Origin: Candidatus Brocadiia bacterium JP1
GTDB lineage: Bacteria; Planctomycetota; Brocadiia; Brocadiales; Bathyanammoxibiaceae
DNA: 64,000 nucleotides
Direction of reading: 5' to 3'
NCBI GenBank assembly: GCA_051388875.1
Contig: JBMFFR010000006.1
Location: forward strand, 12,109-76,108
Shown here: one piece after another, positions 47,211-56,340 of the stretch
Position numbering within the stretch: position 1 is the stretch's first letter
Layout of the letters: each line of letters opens with the position of its first letter
Program-made: the position numbers and the translations under genes
Notes under the pieces: generated by a model
The model's database searches: none
What the model saw: only the letters and a program-made list of their open reading frames with translations
Told to the model about the DNA's origin: nothing

Positions 47211-48176
47211 ATGGCTATTCTAGTAGGGGTGGATGAGGCAGGTTATGGGCCTATTCTTGGCCCCCTTGTAATTACCGCCACAGTCTTTGAGGTAAAAGAC
47301 CATGAGGTAGATGGGAACCTGTGGTGGATACTGAAGGAAATAATAACAAATTCTACCTCAATAAGAAGGAAGGCCTCCCCACGACCATTAACCATAGCCG
47401 ACAGTAAGCGCCTTTACTCCTCCGCTAAGGGGCTCCAGAGACTTGAAGAAGGCGTTTTAGCCTTTCAGGGGTGCATTAAGCAGACAGAAGACCTTGTAGG
47501 ACTACTGGGTGAACTGCACTGGCATTCAGAAGACCAATTAGGGCTATATCCCTGGTATCTAAATATTCAGATGCACCTACCAACTGTAACCCCTATGGAT
47601 GAGTTAGCTAAATACAGTCAACTGCTGAAGAAAGCTTGTATCTCGCAATGCGTCACATTTCTGGGGGCAAGGATGATTGCTATATCTCCCAATGAGTTTA
47701 ATGGAGCATTGGAATCCTGTGGTAATAAGTCCTTGCTACTCTTTGACAACTGTGCTAAGTTGATAAGTAGTCTATGGGAAGAGTATCCACAAATGGAAGT
47801 CAAGTGTGATAAACAAGGCGGCCGAAACCGATATGCTGAGCTGCTTTTGAAGGCCTTTAAAGGATATAAAATAGATATACTTTCAGAAAGCCCTATCATC
47901 TCTTCTTATCAAGTTAAAAACGAGGCAAAAAGGTTAAAAATTTCATTTATACAAAAGGCAGAGGATAAACACCTACCAGTAGCCCTAGCCTCCATGTATT
48001 CTAAATATATAAGAGAGTTATTCTTAAAGCATTTCAACCAATACTGGCAGGGGATTTTGCCGTGGCTCAAATCCACAGCAGGTTATCCTAAAGATGCAAG
48101 ACGTTTTCTTAAAGATATTGAGGCCGCAAAGATAGCGCTTGGCATTGGTGATGAGATATTGATACGAAGGCGATAG
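47211..48176 (+). CDS. Divergent, elongated RNase HII-superfamily protein
   Basis: 321 aa from the ATG at 47211 (RBS aaggtgga). VGVDEAGYGPILGPLVITA matches the GxDEAGRGPxxGP motif, IADSKRLYS matches DSKxLs, and QKAEDKHLPVALASMYSKYIRE...STAGYPKDARRFL matches archaeal-type KADDxxPxVsAASIlAKvxRD...GSGYPSD. There is a ~100-aa insert relative to canonical RNase HII. Confidence 0.5.
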   Translation: MAILVGVDEAGYGPILGPLVITATVFEVKDHEVDGNLWWILKEIITNSTSIRRKASPRPLTIADSKRLYSSAKGLQRLEEGVLAFQGCIKQTEDLVGLLGELHWHSEDQLGLYPWYLNIQMHLPTVTPMDELAKYSQLLKKACISQCVTFLGARMIAISPNEFNGALESCGNKSLLLFDNCAKLISSLWEEYPQMEVKCDKQGGRNRYAELLLKAFKGYKIDILSESPIISSYQVKNEAKRLKISFIQKAEDKHLPVALASMYSKYIRELFLKHFNQYWQGILPWLKSTAGYPKDARRFLKDIEAAKIALGIGDEILIRRR

Positions 48177-48194
48177 CGGTTCTTGTAGAAAGGA

Positions 48195-49223
48195 GTGGAA
48201 ATGGCAATAAACTTGGCAATTGTGGGGGCAACTGGGGCAGTAGGAACAGAGATGATGCGCATATTGGAAGAGAGGGACTTTCCAGTTAAAACCCTACGGC
48301 TACTGGCCTCTAAGCGTTCCGCAGGAAAGACTCTCACCTTCAAAGGGGAGGAAATATTAATAGAAGAATTGACAGATAATTCCTTTAAAGGGATAGAAAT
48401 AGCGCTATTTAGCGCAGGGGCTTCTGTCTCTAAAGTCTTTGTGCCGCATGCCGTAAGGACTGGGGCAGTGGCCGTAGATAATACTAGCGCCTTCAGGATG
48501 GATGAGGGCGTACCTCTAGTTGTGCCAGAAGTCAATGCAGAGGAAATCCCCAAAAATAGGGGAATTATTGCCAACCCTAATTGCTCCACCATCCAGATGG
48601 TATTGGTCCTTAAACCTATCCATGATGCAGCCAAGATAAAGCGTGTAATAGTTTCCACCTATCAGGCTGTATCCGGGGCAGGCTGGGAGGCGATACTTGA
48701 ATTAGAAGAAGAGACTGAAGCCGTCATTAACGAAAGAAGTTACAAGAGGAAGATTTTCCCACATCAAATTGCTTTCAACTGTATACCGCAAATACCCCAA
48801 TCTGATGCCTTCTTACCAAATGGATACACATCGGAAGAAATGAAGATGATAAATGAGACCAAAAAGATTATGGGAGACCCATCTATAAGGGTTACTGCTA
48901 CCACTGTCAGGGTCCCTGTGATAAGGAGTCACAGTGAATCGGTGAATATAGAGACAGAGAAAAAGCTCACGGCAAAGGAGGCTAAAGAGCTACTCTCCAG
49001 GGCACCTGGGGTAGTGGTCTATGATGACCCACAGAAGCAACACTACCCCCTCGCCACCTTAGCAGCAGGAAGGGATGAGACTTTTGTGGGGAGGATACGG
49101 GAGGATTTATCCATAGAAAACGGTTTAAACCTATGGGTGGTTAGCGACAACCTGCGCAAGGGTGCTGCCCTCAACGCCGTCCAGATTGCAGAGAGGTTGG
49201 TGCAACTAAGGGTGCATGCATAA
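48195..49223 (+). CDS. asd: Aspartate-semialdehyde dehydrogenase
   Basis: 342 aa with VGATGAVG and the active-site NPNCSTIQ, plus homology-like motifs along its full length. Confidence 0.93.
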   Translation: MEMAINLAIVGATGAVGTEMMRILEERDFPVKTLRLLASKRSAGKTLTFKGEEILIEELTDNSFKGIEIALFSAGASVSKVFVPHAVRTGAVAVDNTSAFRMDEGVPLVVPEVNAEEIPKNRGIIANPNCSTIQMVLVLKPIHDAAKIKRVIVSTYQAVSGAGWEAILELEEETEAVINERSYKRKIFPHQIAFNCIPQIPQSDAFLPNGYTSEEMKMINETKKIMGDPSIRVTATTVRVPVIRSHSESVNIETEKKLTAKEAKELLSRAPGVVVYDDPQKQHYPLATLAAGRDETFVGRIREDLSIENGLNLWVVSDNLRKGAALNAVQIAERLVQLRVHA

Positions 49224-49414
49224 TGTGCCAATATCCAATTGTAGTTGGAAAGGCCAACGGCAATTACTCAGCTTATTGTCCGAACTTACCTGGAAATGAA
49301 ACCATAATGAACATGAAAGAGACCTTTGAACTACATATTCAAGGTCTTAAGGAAGATGGCTTTTTTATACCAATACCTTCTTCTGAGGTTACTTATGTAG
49401 AAGTGGCCCAATAA
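49223..49414 (+). CDS. HicB-like / UPF0150 small protein (possible orphan antitoxin-fold protein)
   Basis: 63 aa. YPIVVGKANGNYSAYCPNLPG...ETFELHIQGLKEDGFFIPIPS resembles the HicB N-terminal domain. The start overlaps the asd stop (ATAATG). No HicA-like partner is seen. Confidence 0.45.
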   Translation: MCQYPIVVGKANGNYSAYCPNLPGNETIMNMKETFELHIQGLKEDGFFIPIPSSEVTYVEVAQ

Positions 49415-49447
49415 GACAAGCTATCTATAATAAGCTATAACCTCTTC

Positions 49448-50359
49448 ATGCGTAACATTAAACTCTTGATTGAATACGATGGAACAACCTTTGCCGGCTG
49501 GCAGGAGCAGAGGGTGCCTACGAATAGCTCAGTAGCTTCTACCCACCAGAAGGACACCTCTACCCCACACTCATATGATAATGATTCCAAACCACCTGCC
49601 ACAGTCCCTACAATTCAGTCCTGTCTAATGGAGGCGATTCATAGTGTTACAGGGGAGCGGGTAGTAGTATACGGGGCCTCAAGAACTGATGCAGGGGTAC
49701 ATGCTACCGGTCAGGTAGCAAACTTTAAGACCACCTCCAGGCTCCCGGTAGAAAAGTTTGTGCCGGCTCTTAACTACTACCTGCCTCGCGAAATCGTCGT
49801 CCGCTCGGCTGAAGAAGTACCAGACGAATTCCATTCACAGTATCATGCCAGGAGCAAGGTCTACCGCTATACAATCCTGAACGACCCCATACCAAGGGCA
49901 ATAAACAGATATTTTTATTATCACTACCCGTGTCCCTTAAATATTGAGAAGCTGCAGGAGGCTGCCCAATTCTTATTCGGCACTCACGATTTTAGTACCT
50001 TCTGTACAGAAGTACATAATAAAAAGAATACTATCCGTACTATAAAATCCATAGAAATTACTCAGGAAGACCCAACGGCTTCTTGTGAAGTTGGTAAGTA
50101 TTTATACTTTATAATAGAGGCTGACGGCTTCCTTCATAAGATGATAAGGGGCATCGTGGGGACGCTCCTTTTAGTGGGTTGTGGGAAGATGAGTCCATCT
50201 GAGTTTAAAGACGTACTCAAGGCAAAAGATCGCCGCTTAGCAGGCCCTAACGTCCCTGCTAAGGGGCTATGTCTTGTGAAGGTAAATTACGAGGAGACCG
50301 GCAAATGGATGGAAAGTCTAGCCTCCAAAGAGGACTGCAAGCCCTTAAGGTTCCTCTAA
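49448..50359 (+). CDS. truA: tRNA pseudouridine(38-40) synthase
   Basis: IEYDGTTFAGWQEQ...GASRTDAGVHATGQV (catalytic Asp)...FLHKMIR. It carries a ~30-aa Ser/Thr/Pro-rich insert after GWQEQ. Confidence 0.9.
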   Translation: MRNIKLLIEYDGTTFAGWQEQRVPTNSSVASTHQKDTSTPHSYDNDSKPPATVPTIQSCLMEAIHSVTGERVVVYGASRTDAGVHATGQVANFKTTSRLPVEKFVPALNYYLPREIVVRSAEEVPDEFHSQYHARSKVYRYTILNDPIPRAINRYFYYHYPCPLNIEKLQEAAQFLFGTHDFSTFCTEVHNKKNTIRTIKSIEITQEDPTASCEVGKYLYFIIEADGFLHKMIRGIVGTLLLVGCGKMSPSEFKDVLKAKDRRLAGPNVPAKGLCLVKVNYEETGKWMESLASKEDCKPLRFL

Positions 50360-50907
50360 TTAGCAGCAAGTCCTATCCTACTATACTACTTTGTATATTC
50401 CTTCTTTATGGCTGTGCCAATGGGACCAACATTTCAGACCTGTATCATTACCGTTTCATGATGATGCAACCACCCACGGGGGGACTAGATTTTGAAGATG
50501 ACACGGTTCGCTTCTCGTTTCAACCTAATAGGGAAAGGGTTAACTTTATCATGGAAAACAAAGGCCCTGATGCGGTGGCACTGAACTGGGATGCGGTAGA
50601 GTTTGAAGATAGACATGGAGCAACCCATAAAGTAGTTTCAAATGAAGCAAAATCTGAAGAAAAAGATAAACCCAAAGGGACTACTATTATCAAACCCGGT
50701 CAAAAACTAGAAGCATGGGTACTGCCCGCAGACAATGCAAAATGGGGCAAAGACGAATGGAAGATTAAAAAACCCATATTTCCAGAATTGAAGACCGGTT
50801 TTGATGTGGACACCTGGGACCGCACCACCTTCAGGCTCGTCTTCCCACTAAAAATAGGAGAGGAACAGCGCTATTACCGTTTTGGATTCAGGGTGAGGGT
50901 TGATTAG
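50305..50907 (+). CDS. Putative lipoprotein of unknown function
   Basis: It has the lipobox-like ...LLCIFLLYGCANG. The start is uncertain, and the ATG at 50305 overlaps the truA 3' end. I recognise no family. Confidence 0.5.
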   Translation: MDGKSSLQRGLQALKVPLISSKSYPTILLCIFLLYGCANGTNISDLYHYRFMMMQPPTGGLDFEDDTVRFSFQPNRERVNFIMENKGPDAVALNWDAVEFEDRHGATHKVVSNEAKSEEKDKPKGTTIIKPGQKLEAWVLPADNAKWGKDEWKIKKPIFPELKTGFDVDTWDRTTFRLVFPLKIGEEQRYYRFGFRVRVD

Positions 50908-50938
50908 ATTTCGCGCAGCCCAAAGGCGTTGTTACTAA

Positions 50939-51916
50939 CTACTTCAAGTCCTTGAGCTGTTTTATTAGCGCAGGTACCACTTGAAACAAATCCCCCACCA
51001 GTCCCAAATCTGCCACCTTGAAGATGGGTGCATCATGGTCCTTGTTTATTGCCACTATATATTTTGCCCCTAATATCCCGGCCAGGTGTTGGGCTGAACC
51101 AGAGACTCCACAAGCTATGTATAGCTCTGGACTTATAGTCTTACCAGTAAGCCCTACCTGGATTTCTGGAGGTTTCCAGCCGGCATCTACCACTGCCCTG
51201 GAGGCAGCCACTACGCCTCCAAAGAATTCGGCTAATTCTTCTAAGAGCTTAAAATTTTCTGCCCCCTTCAATCCCCTGCCACCACCTACCACCACCCTGG
51301 CTTCTGTAATATCCATCTTGAACCCCTTTGTATATATAACATCCTTAAGTATAGCGAGAGGCTCCTTGGGGAGGGCAGAGGTGTCTACCCTCTCTACTGT
51401 TGCCTTTTCAGTAATCTTTTGGGCTACTGGGAAGACATTGGATCTTAATGTAATTACCTGAAACTGAGGTAAAAGACTTCTTGTTCTTGCTAAAAGCTTT
51501 CCTGCATAAACAGGGCGCGTAACCTCTAAGAGGCCATCTGTAACCTCTACGCTTGTGCATTCTGTAAGTAATAAACCACTCAGTCTGGCAGCAAGTCTTG
51601 AGGCCAAATCTCTACCCATTGCAGTGGCTGAGAAAAGGATTGCCAGTGCCCCCCTCTTCTGGGCCTCCTGGTACAATATATGAGTGTAAAGACTGTTATT
51701 GTATCTTTCCAAAGACTGATGTTCTGCAAGTAGAATCTTGTTGATACTGTAGCAATTTAATGTTCCGGCCAGGCTCTCTATATTGTGTCCTATAAGCAGT
51801 GCATTTAACTGTGAGCCCGTCTTCTCTGCCAGTTGCCTTCCAGCCTCTAGGGCCTCAAGGGATGCCCTCTTTAACTGCCCCTCCCTTTGTTCCACGAAGA
51901 CAATAACCTCCCCCAT
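50939..51916 (-). CDS. etfA: Electron transfer flavoprotein alpha subunit
   Basis: 325 aa with a C-terminal FAD-binding region ...VVGGGRG...PELYIACGVSGSAQHLAG. Confidence 0.92.
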   Translation of the reverse strand: MGEVIVFVEQREGQLKRASLEALEAGRQLAEKTGSQLNALLIGHNIESLAGTLNCYSINKILLAEHQSLERYNNSLYTHILYQEAQKRGALAILFSATAMGRDLASRLAARLSGLLLTECTSVEVTDGLLEVTRPVYAGKLLARTRSLLPQFQVITLRSNVFPVAQKITEKATVERVDTSALPKEPLAILKDVIYTKGFKMDITEARVVVGGGRGLKGAENFKLLEELAEFFGGVVAASRAVVDAGWKPPEIQVGLTGKTISPELYIACGVSGSAQHLAGILGAKYIVAINKDHDAPIFKVADLGLVGDLFQVVPALIKQLKDLK

Positions 51917-52701
51917 TAAATTATTTTTACCTCCTCATGGAGGAATGCTATCAGGCTTTTAGCCATCTCCTCCTCGGCAGTTTGAAGTTTCTTACAAACC
52001 CTTTTTCTTGATATGACGGTTAAGTCTTTAATGGTAAGCCTGTTGTCTAGCCTTAATACCTCTTTGGGCGCTATTTCTGTTACAGGGATTGTTTCATAAG
52101 GCTTCTTTTTTGCCCCCATGATTCCAGGTAGAGAGGGATATCTAGGTTCATTGAGGCCCTTATGGCAGGTAAAGAGTGCTGGTAATGGGCATTCTAGCAC
52201 CTCTACGCCTCCCTCTATAGGTTTATGAACAGTTGCCTTTCCAAGGGTGTCTATGTTCAGTTTAGTTATCCCTGCCCCATGAGGTATATTAAGTAGTTCG
52301 GCTAGCTGAATACCCACTGCCCCACTTTGGTCATCCACCGCCTCCTTCCCGCATAAAATCAAATCAGTCTGGCACTTTTTTATTACTTGAAACAGCACAG
52401 ACGCAGTTATATAGGAATCAACCCCAACATCCGTTTCACCAAGTATATGTAGCGCCCTATCTGCCCCCATGGCTAAAGCCCGCATAAATGCCTCCTTTGT
52501 CCTCTCCGGGCCATAGCTAACCACGGTAATCTCCCCCTTGCCTAGACGCTCCTTTACCCGTACGGCCTCCTCCACCGCAAATTCATCAAAAGGGTTCATA
52601 ACCCACGTTACACCTTCTGCTTCAATATAAGGAGGGTCGGGGCATGGTCTTGGGGCAGTCTCGGTAGAAGGGACTTGTTTAATGCATACTATGATATTCA
52701 T
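51916..52701 (-). CDS. etfB: Electron transfer flavoprotein beta subunit
   Basis: The start is MNIIVCIKQVP, using the ATG at 52699-52701. ...VSYGP...ILCGKEAVDDQSG is the typical EtfB pattern. Confidence 0.92.
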   Translation of the reverse strand: MNIIVCIKQVPSTETAPRPCPDPPYIEAEGVTWVMNPFDEFAVEEAVRVKERLGKGEITVVSYGPERTKEAFMRALAMGADRALHILGETDVGVDSYITASVLFQVIKKCQTDLILCGKEAVDDQSGAVGIQLAELLNIPHGAGITKLNIDTLGKATVHKPIEGGVEVLECPLPALFTCHKGLNEPRYPSLPGIMGAKKKPYETIPVTEIAPKEVLRLDNRLTIKDLTVISRKRVCKKLQTAEEEMAKSLIAFLHEEVKII

Positions 52702-52708
52702 AACTTTT

Positions 52709-53560
52709 TCAGGAGTAGGTATAAAACCCTTTGCCTGACTTCTTTCCAAGCCAACCCGCCTCTACATGTCTTTTGAGTAGAGGGCATGGCCTAAACTTTG
52801 CATCCCCGAACTCCTTATGGAGAGTCTCCAGTATGGAAAGGCATGTGTCCAGGCCTATAAAGTCAGCTAGAGCGAGTGGCCCCATGGGCTGATGGGTACC
52901 CATAGTCATTGCCGTATCAATTGCCTCTTTGCTGGCCACACCTTCCATAAATAGATACATTGCCTCATTAAGCATGGGCATCAGCAAGCGATTAACGATA
53001 AAACCTGGGTAGTCCTTCACTTCTACTACCATTTTTCCTAGCAAACGACAAAGTTCGTGGGCCTTTTGAAGGGTCTCCTGAGAGGTCTTTAACCCACATA
53101 CAACCTCAACCAACTCCATTATCGGGGCTGGGTTCATAAAATGTATGCCAATTACCCTCTCTGGCCTTTCTGTCGCTGAGGCTAATCTGGTTATAGGTAT
53201 GGAAGAGGTATTGGATGCGAGTATGGCCTCAGGTGGGATAATAACATCTAACTTTCTAAAGATTTCCATTTTGAGAGGTTCAATTTCTGAAACTGCTTCA
53301 ATAATAATATCGGCCTTCGCGAGTTCTTCTAGATTATCTACACCATGTACTCTCTTAAGTATTTCTACTTTTTTCTCTTGCTGAAGCCTGCCTCTTTGGA
53401 CCAATTTATCCAGACCCTTAGCAACCCCTTCCACAGCCTTCTGCAAGAGGTCTTTTTTGGCTTCTACAAGCTTAACCTCAAGCCCAGCCCCAGATGCTAA
53501 CTGGGCAATACCTTGCCCCATCTGACCACCACCCACTACACCTAACTGTTTCATACTCAT
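52709..53560 (-). CDS. hbd: 3-hydroxybutyryl-CoA dehydrogenase
   Basis: 283 aa with VVGGGQMGQGIA, SNTSS, HFMNPAP and PGFIVNR. Confidence 0.92.
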   Translation of the reverse strand: MSMKQLGVVGGGQMGQGIAQLASGAGLEVKLVEAKKDLLQKAVEGVAKGLDKLVQRGRLQQEKKVEILKRVHGVDNLEELAKADIIIEAVSEIEPLKMEIFRKLDVIIPPEAILASNTSSIPITRLASATERPERVIGIHFMNPAPIMELVEVVCGLKTSQETLQKAHELCRLLGKMVVEVKDYPGFIVNRLLMPMLNEAMYLFMEGVASKEAIDTAMTMGTHQPMGPLALADFIGLDTCLSILETLHKEFGDAKFRPCPLLKRHVEAGWLGKKSGKGFYTYS

Positions 53561-53673
53561 ATAATCTCCTCCTCAGGATTTTCAATTGACAGAGTCACAC
53601 ACAAGCTAAAGTTAGCCTTGGTGAACCCGCCTCTGATATAACCTGTGGCCATACTTTTATATAGTAATTTTAC

Positions 53674-54852
53674 CTAAAGCATTTCAATCACCATGGCTAC
53701 TGCCTCTCCACCACCAATACATAGACTAGCAATCCCCCTTGAACCTTTAAGCCCCTTTAAGGAATAAAGTAAGGTAGTAAGGATTCGGGCCCCGCTTGCA
53801 CCAAGTGGATGGCCCAGGGCAATAGCACCTCCTTTAATGTTAACCTTGTCCAAACTCAGATGTAACTCTCTATAGACGGCAATACATGTTGAGGCGAAGG
53901 CTTCGTTTGCCTCAAATAGATTAATGTCATCTATGTCCAGATTCAACTTGTGCAAAAGCTTTCTTATGGCCTCCACTGGGGCAAGGGAGAAGAGCTCTGG
54001 TGCCGTACCAGCCTCAGAGTAACCCAACACCTTGGCCATTGGTTTAAGCCCAAGTTTTTGCGCCCTATCTTCAGAGGCCAAAATAACTGCCGCCGCTCCA
54101 TCGCTCAAAGCTGAAGAGTTAGCCGCTGTAAGGATGCCTCCGTCCTTAAAGGCCGGAGGAAGAGTTAACATCTTCTCCCTGTGCAACCTCTTAGGGCATT
54201 CATCTTCCGTCATCAAGACCTTCTTACCCTGCTGGTTTATCTCTACTGGAACTATCTCCTCATTGAATTTGCCTTCTGCCTGGCTACGCAATGCCCTTTG
54301 GTAACTCACTAGAGCAAGTTCATCAGCCTCTTTGCGGCTTATACGGTACCTCTCTGCAATAAGTTCTGCGGCATAGCCCATATGAAAGTTATTGTAAACA
54401 TCCCACAGGCCATCCTTTATCATGCTATCAACTATTGTGGCATGCCCCAGGTGGTAACCTGTCCTTCCTTGTTCAAGAAGGTAGGGGGCACTACTCATAC
54501 TCTCCATCCCCCCGCACAATACCAATTCTGCGTCACCACATAGAATAGCCTGTGCACCAAGCATCACGGCTTTCAAGCCAGAACCACAGACCTTGTTAAC
54601 CGTTAGAGTACTAGTTGTTATGGATAATCCGCACCCAATTGCCACCTGTCTGGCCGGGGCTTGTCCCAAACCAGCAGAAAGGACATTACCCATAATTACT
54701 TGCTGTATATCTGGAACCTTTATACCCGCCTTCTGGATAGCCCCCCTGGCAGCTAATACACCAAGTTGGGTTGCGGGAATTTGACTCAAAAAACCATTAA
54801 AACTCCCTATTGGTGTCCTAGCTGCACTAACAATAACAGGGGTTTTAGACAT
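53674..54852 (-). CDS. Acetyl-CoA C-acetyltransferase (thiolase II)
   Basis: 392 aa with [12 protein letters not shown] (active Cys), [15 protein letters not shown] and CIGGGEAVA. Confidence 0.93.
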   Translation of the reverse strand: MSKTPVIVSAARTPIGSFNGFLSQIPATQLGVLAARGAIQKAGIKVPDIQQVIMGNVLSAGLGQAPARQVAIGCGLSITTSTLTVNKVCGSGLKAVMLGAQAILCGDAELVLCGGMESMSSAPYLLEQGRTGYHLGHATIVDSMIKDGLWDVYNNFHMGYAAELIAERYRISRKEADELALVSYQRALRSQAEGKFNEEIVPVEINQQGKKVLMTEDECPKRLHREKMLTLPPAFKDGGILTAANSSALSDGAAAVILASEDRAQKLGLKPMAKVLGYSEAGTAPELFSLAPVEAIRKLLHKLNLDIDDINLFEANEAFASTCIAVYRELHLSLDKVNIKGGAIALGHPLGASGARILTTLLYSLKGLKGSRGIASLCIGGGEAVAMVIEML

Positions 54853-54992
54853 TAGCCTATTATATTAGTCTCTACCAGTCTCATTGCAAATGGCTTTTAT
54901 AAGAGTATTAGAGTTGATTTCATTAACTTTTTTTGTAAAATTAGGACTGTTTTGAGGCGGAATTGTGTCATATCTTAATGAAAGGAGACAAG

Positions 54993-55316
54993 ATGAAGTG
55001 GATAGTATCCATTATGATATTTAGTTTGGCAGCTCTTGCATACTCATGTGCAGTAGTGCAAGGGGATGTAAAAGAGGGTGAAATAGAAATTAAACTAAAA
55101 ATAGAAGGAATGACTGATGATGCATCTGCCGCAAAAGTAAAAGAAGCCCTTGAGGCAGTAGAAGGTGTAAGTGAAGTAAAAGTAAAACTACAAAAAGCGA
55201 AAGCTAAGGTTCATGCCAAAAAGGGCATAGACCCCAAGAAACTCATTGAAGCAGTAGAGAAAGCAGGTTTTAAGGCTGAACTAAAAGAAAAAGAAGAGGA
55301 GGAAGGCTCTTATTAA
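54993..55316 (+). CDS. Exported HMA-fold (heavy-metal-associated-like) protein lacking the CxxC metal site
   Basis: 107 aa preceded by an aaaggagacaag RBS, with a signal/lipobox-like MKWIVSIMIFSLAALAYSC. KIEGMTDDASAAKVKEALEAVEGVSEVKV...KLIEAVEKAGFKAE follows the HMA ferredoxin-fold pattern, but GMTCxxC is replaced by GMTDDAS. Confidence 0.55.
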   Translation: MKWIVSIMIFSLAALAYSCAVVQGDVKEGEIEIKLKIEGMTDDASAAKVKEALEAVEGVSEVKVKLQKAKAKVHAKKGIDPKKLIEAVEKAGFKAELKEKEEEEGSY

Positions 55317-55579
55317 GCAGCGCAAGGCTAGCGTGCCTTAATAAGGTGGACACTGAATAAAGCCCTGAGACTTAACACTTAAGTAGAGATACTTATGGAA
55401 ATTCCTGCTTTTCAGGGCAGATAGGAGAATTCTGAAATTCATCCTAACTCTCCATCTAGACAGGAAAGCTAAAATGTACAGCCTCTTTAATTTTAAAAAT
55501 TTTGGTTAAGCACAGTTCTTAAACGCTTTTAAGAAGCCTAATAACAAACCACTAAGTGGGAACCACTACTAGGGCATAA

Positions 55580-56095
55580 TTGAAGAAATCCTTACCTCTC
55601 AAAATCTTGTGCCTATGGATTAGTTTTTTGCTGATATGGGGAAATATATCTGGTGGGCCTATTTTACCGAACATCGCAAAAAGAAGCTATCCATGTGAGG
55701 GTCACGGTTGTGGGTGCAGAAGTGCGGAGGAATGCTTCAAACACTGCTGCTGCCGGTCTAATGATGTGATTCACGAACATTCCACAAAAACTGTTAGAAA
55801 ATTGGGGCCACAGAAAACCGCGACACAATCAAAAAGGCAGTGTCAAAACTGCGCTAAAACAAGCCAAGCCAAACAACCTCTATCCCAGAAGTATTCCTTT
55901 CTACAAAGTCTTACTTGTCTGGGACACCCTAATAAGTTTGTGTACCTGCTTAACTTCATTTTTATTCATCAGGACTCTTTCTCCCTACCCAGAGAAACTC
56001 CCCATACCTTTTTAATAGAAATCGCATCTCCCACCCTCACCCAAAATTATGTTGCACCCCCGGAACACCCGCCCAAGCCCTTTACCGTAATGTAG
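55580..56095 (+). CDS. Cys/His-rich exported protein of unknown function
   Basis: 171 aa with a TTG start and an N-terminal hydrophobic segment, followed by PCEGHGCGCRSAEECFKHCCCRS. A further CQNC lies downstream. I recognise no family. Confidence 0.45.
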   Translation: MKKSLPLKILCLWISFLLIWGNISGGPILPNIAKRSYPCEGHGCGCRSAEECFKHCCCRSNDVIHEHSTKTVRKLGPQKTATQSKRQCQNCAKTSQAKQPLSQKYSFLQSLTCLGHPNKFVYLLNFIFIHQDSFSLPRETPHTFLIEIASPTLTQNYVAPPEHPPKPFTVM

Positions 56096-56340
56096 CGAAA
56101 TACCAGTGCCAGCCAGTTACAAAGATTGGACCAAAAGGCTAGGCACACCACTTACGCTAAACATTAAGGTAAGGGGAATAGATTCTCTCTCAGCCTACTA
56201 TAGAGGGGTTAGAGATTACACTTTGCAAAACGCTTGGTTGGCACGGTGTACTGTTTTTTGCCCTCACAATCCAATCTATTTGCACAAGGCTAGAAGGACT
56301 ACTCCCCTTTAACTCTTCCACCTAAGGAAAGGAGCAAAGG

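Noticed and set aside
48083-48658. 191-aa minus-strand ORF
   Set aside because: It is antisense to asd, which has full-length motif support. It has no RBS or recognisable domain.
56106-56312. 68-aa + strand ORF between the Cys-rich gene and the barrel gene
   Set aside because: It has no RBS, a non-ATG start, and a composition unlike the neighbouring genes. The region is more likely a regulatory spacer for the barrel gene.
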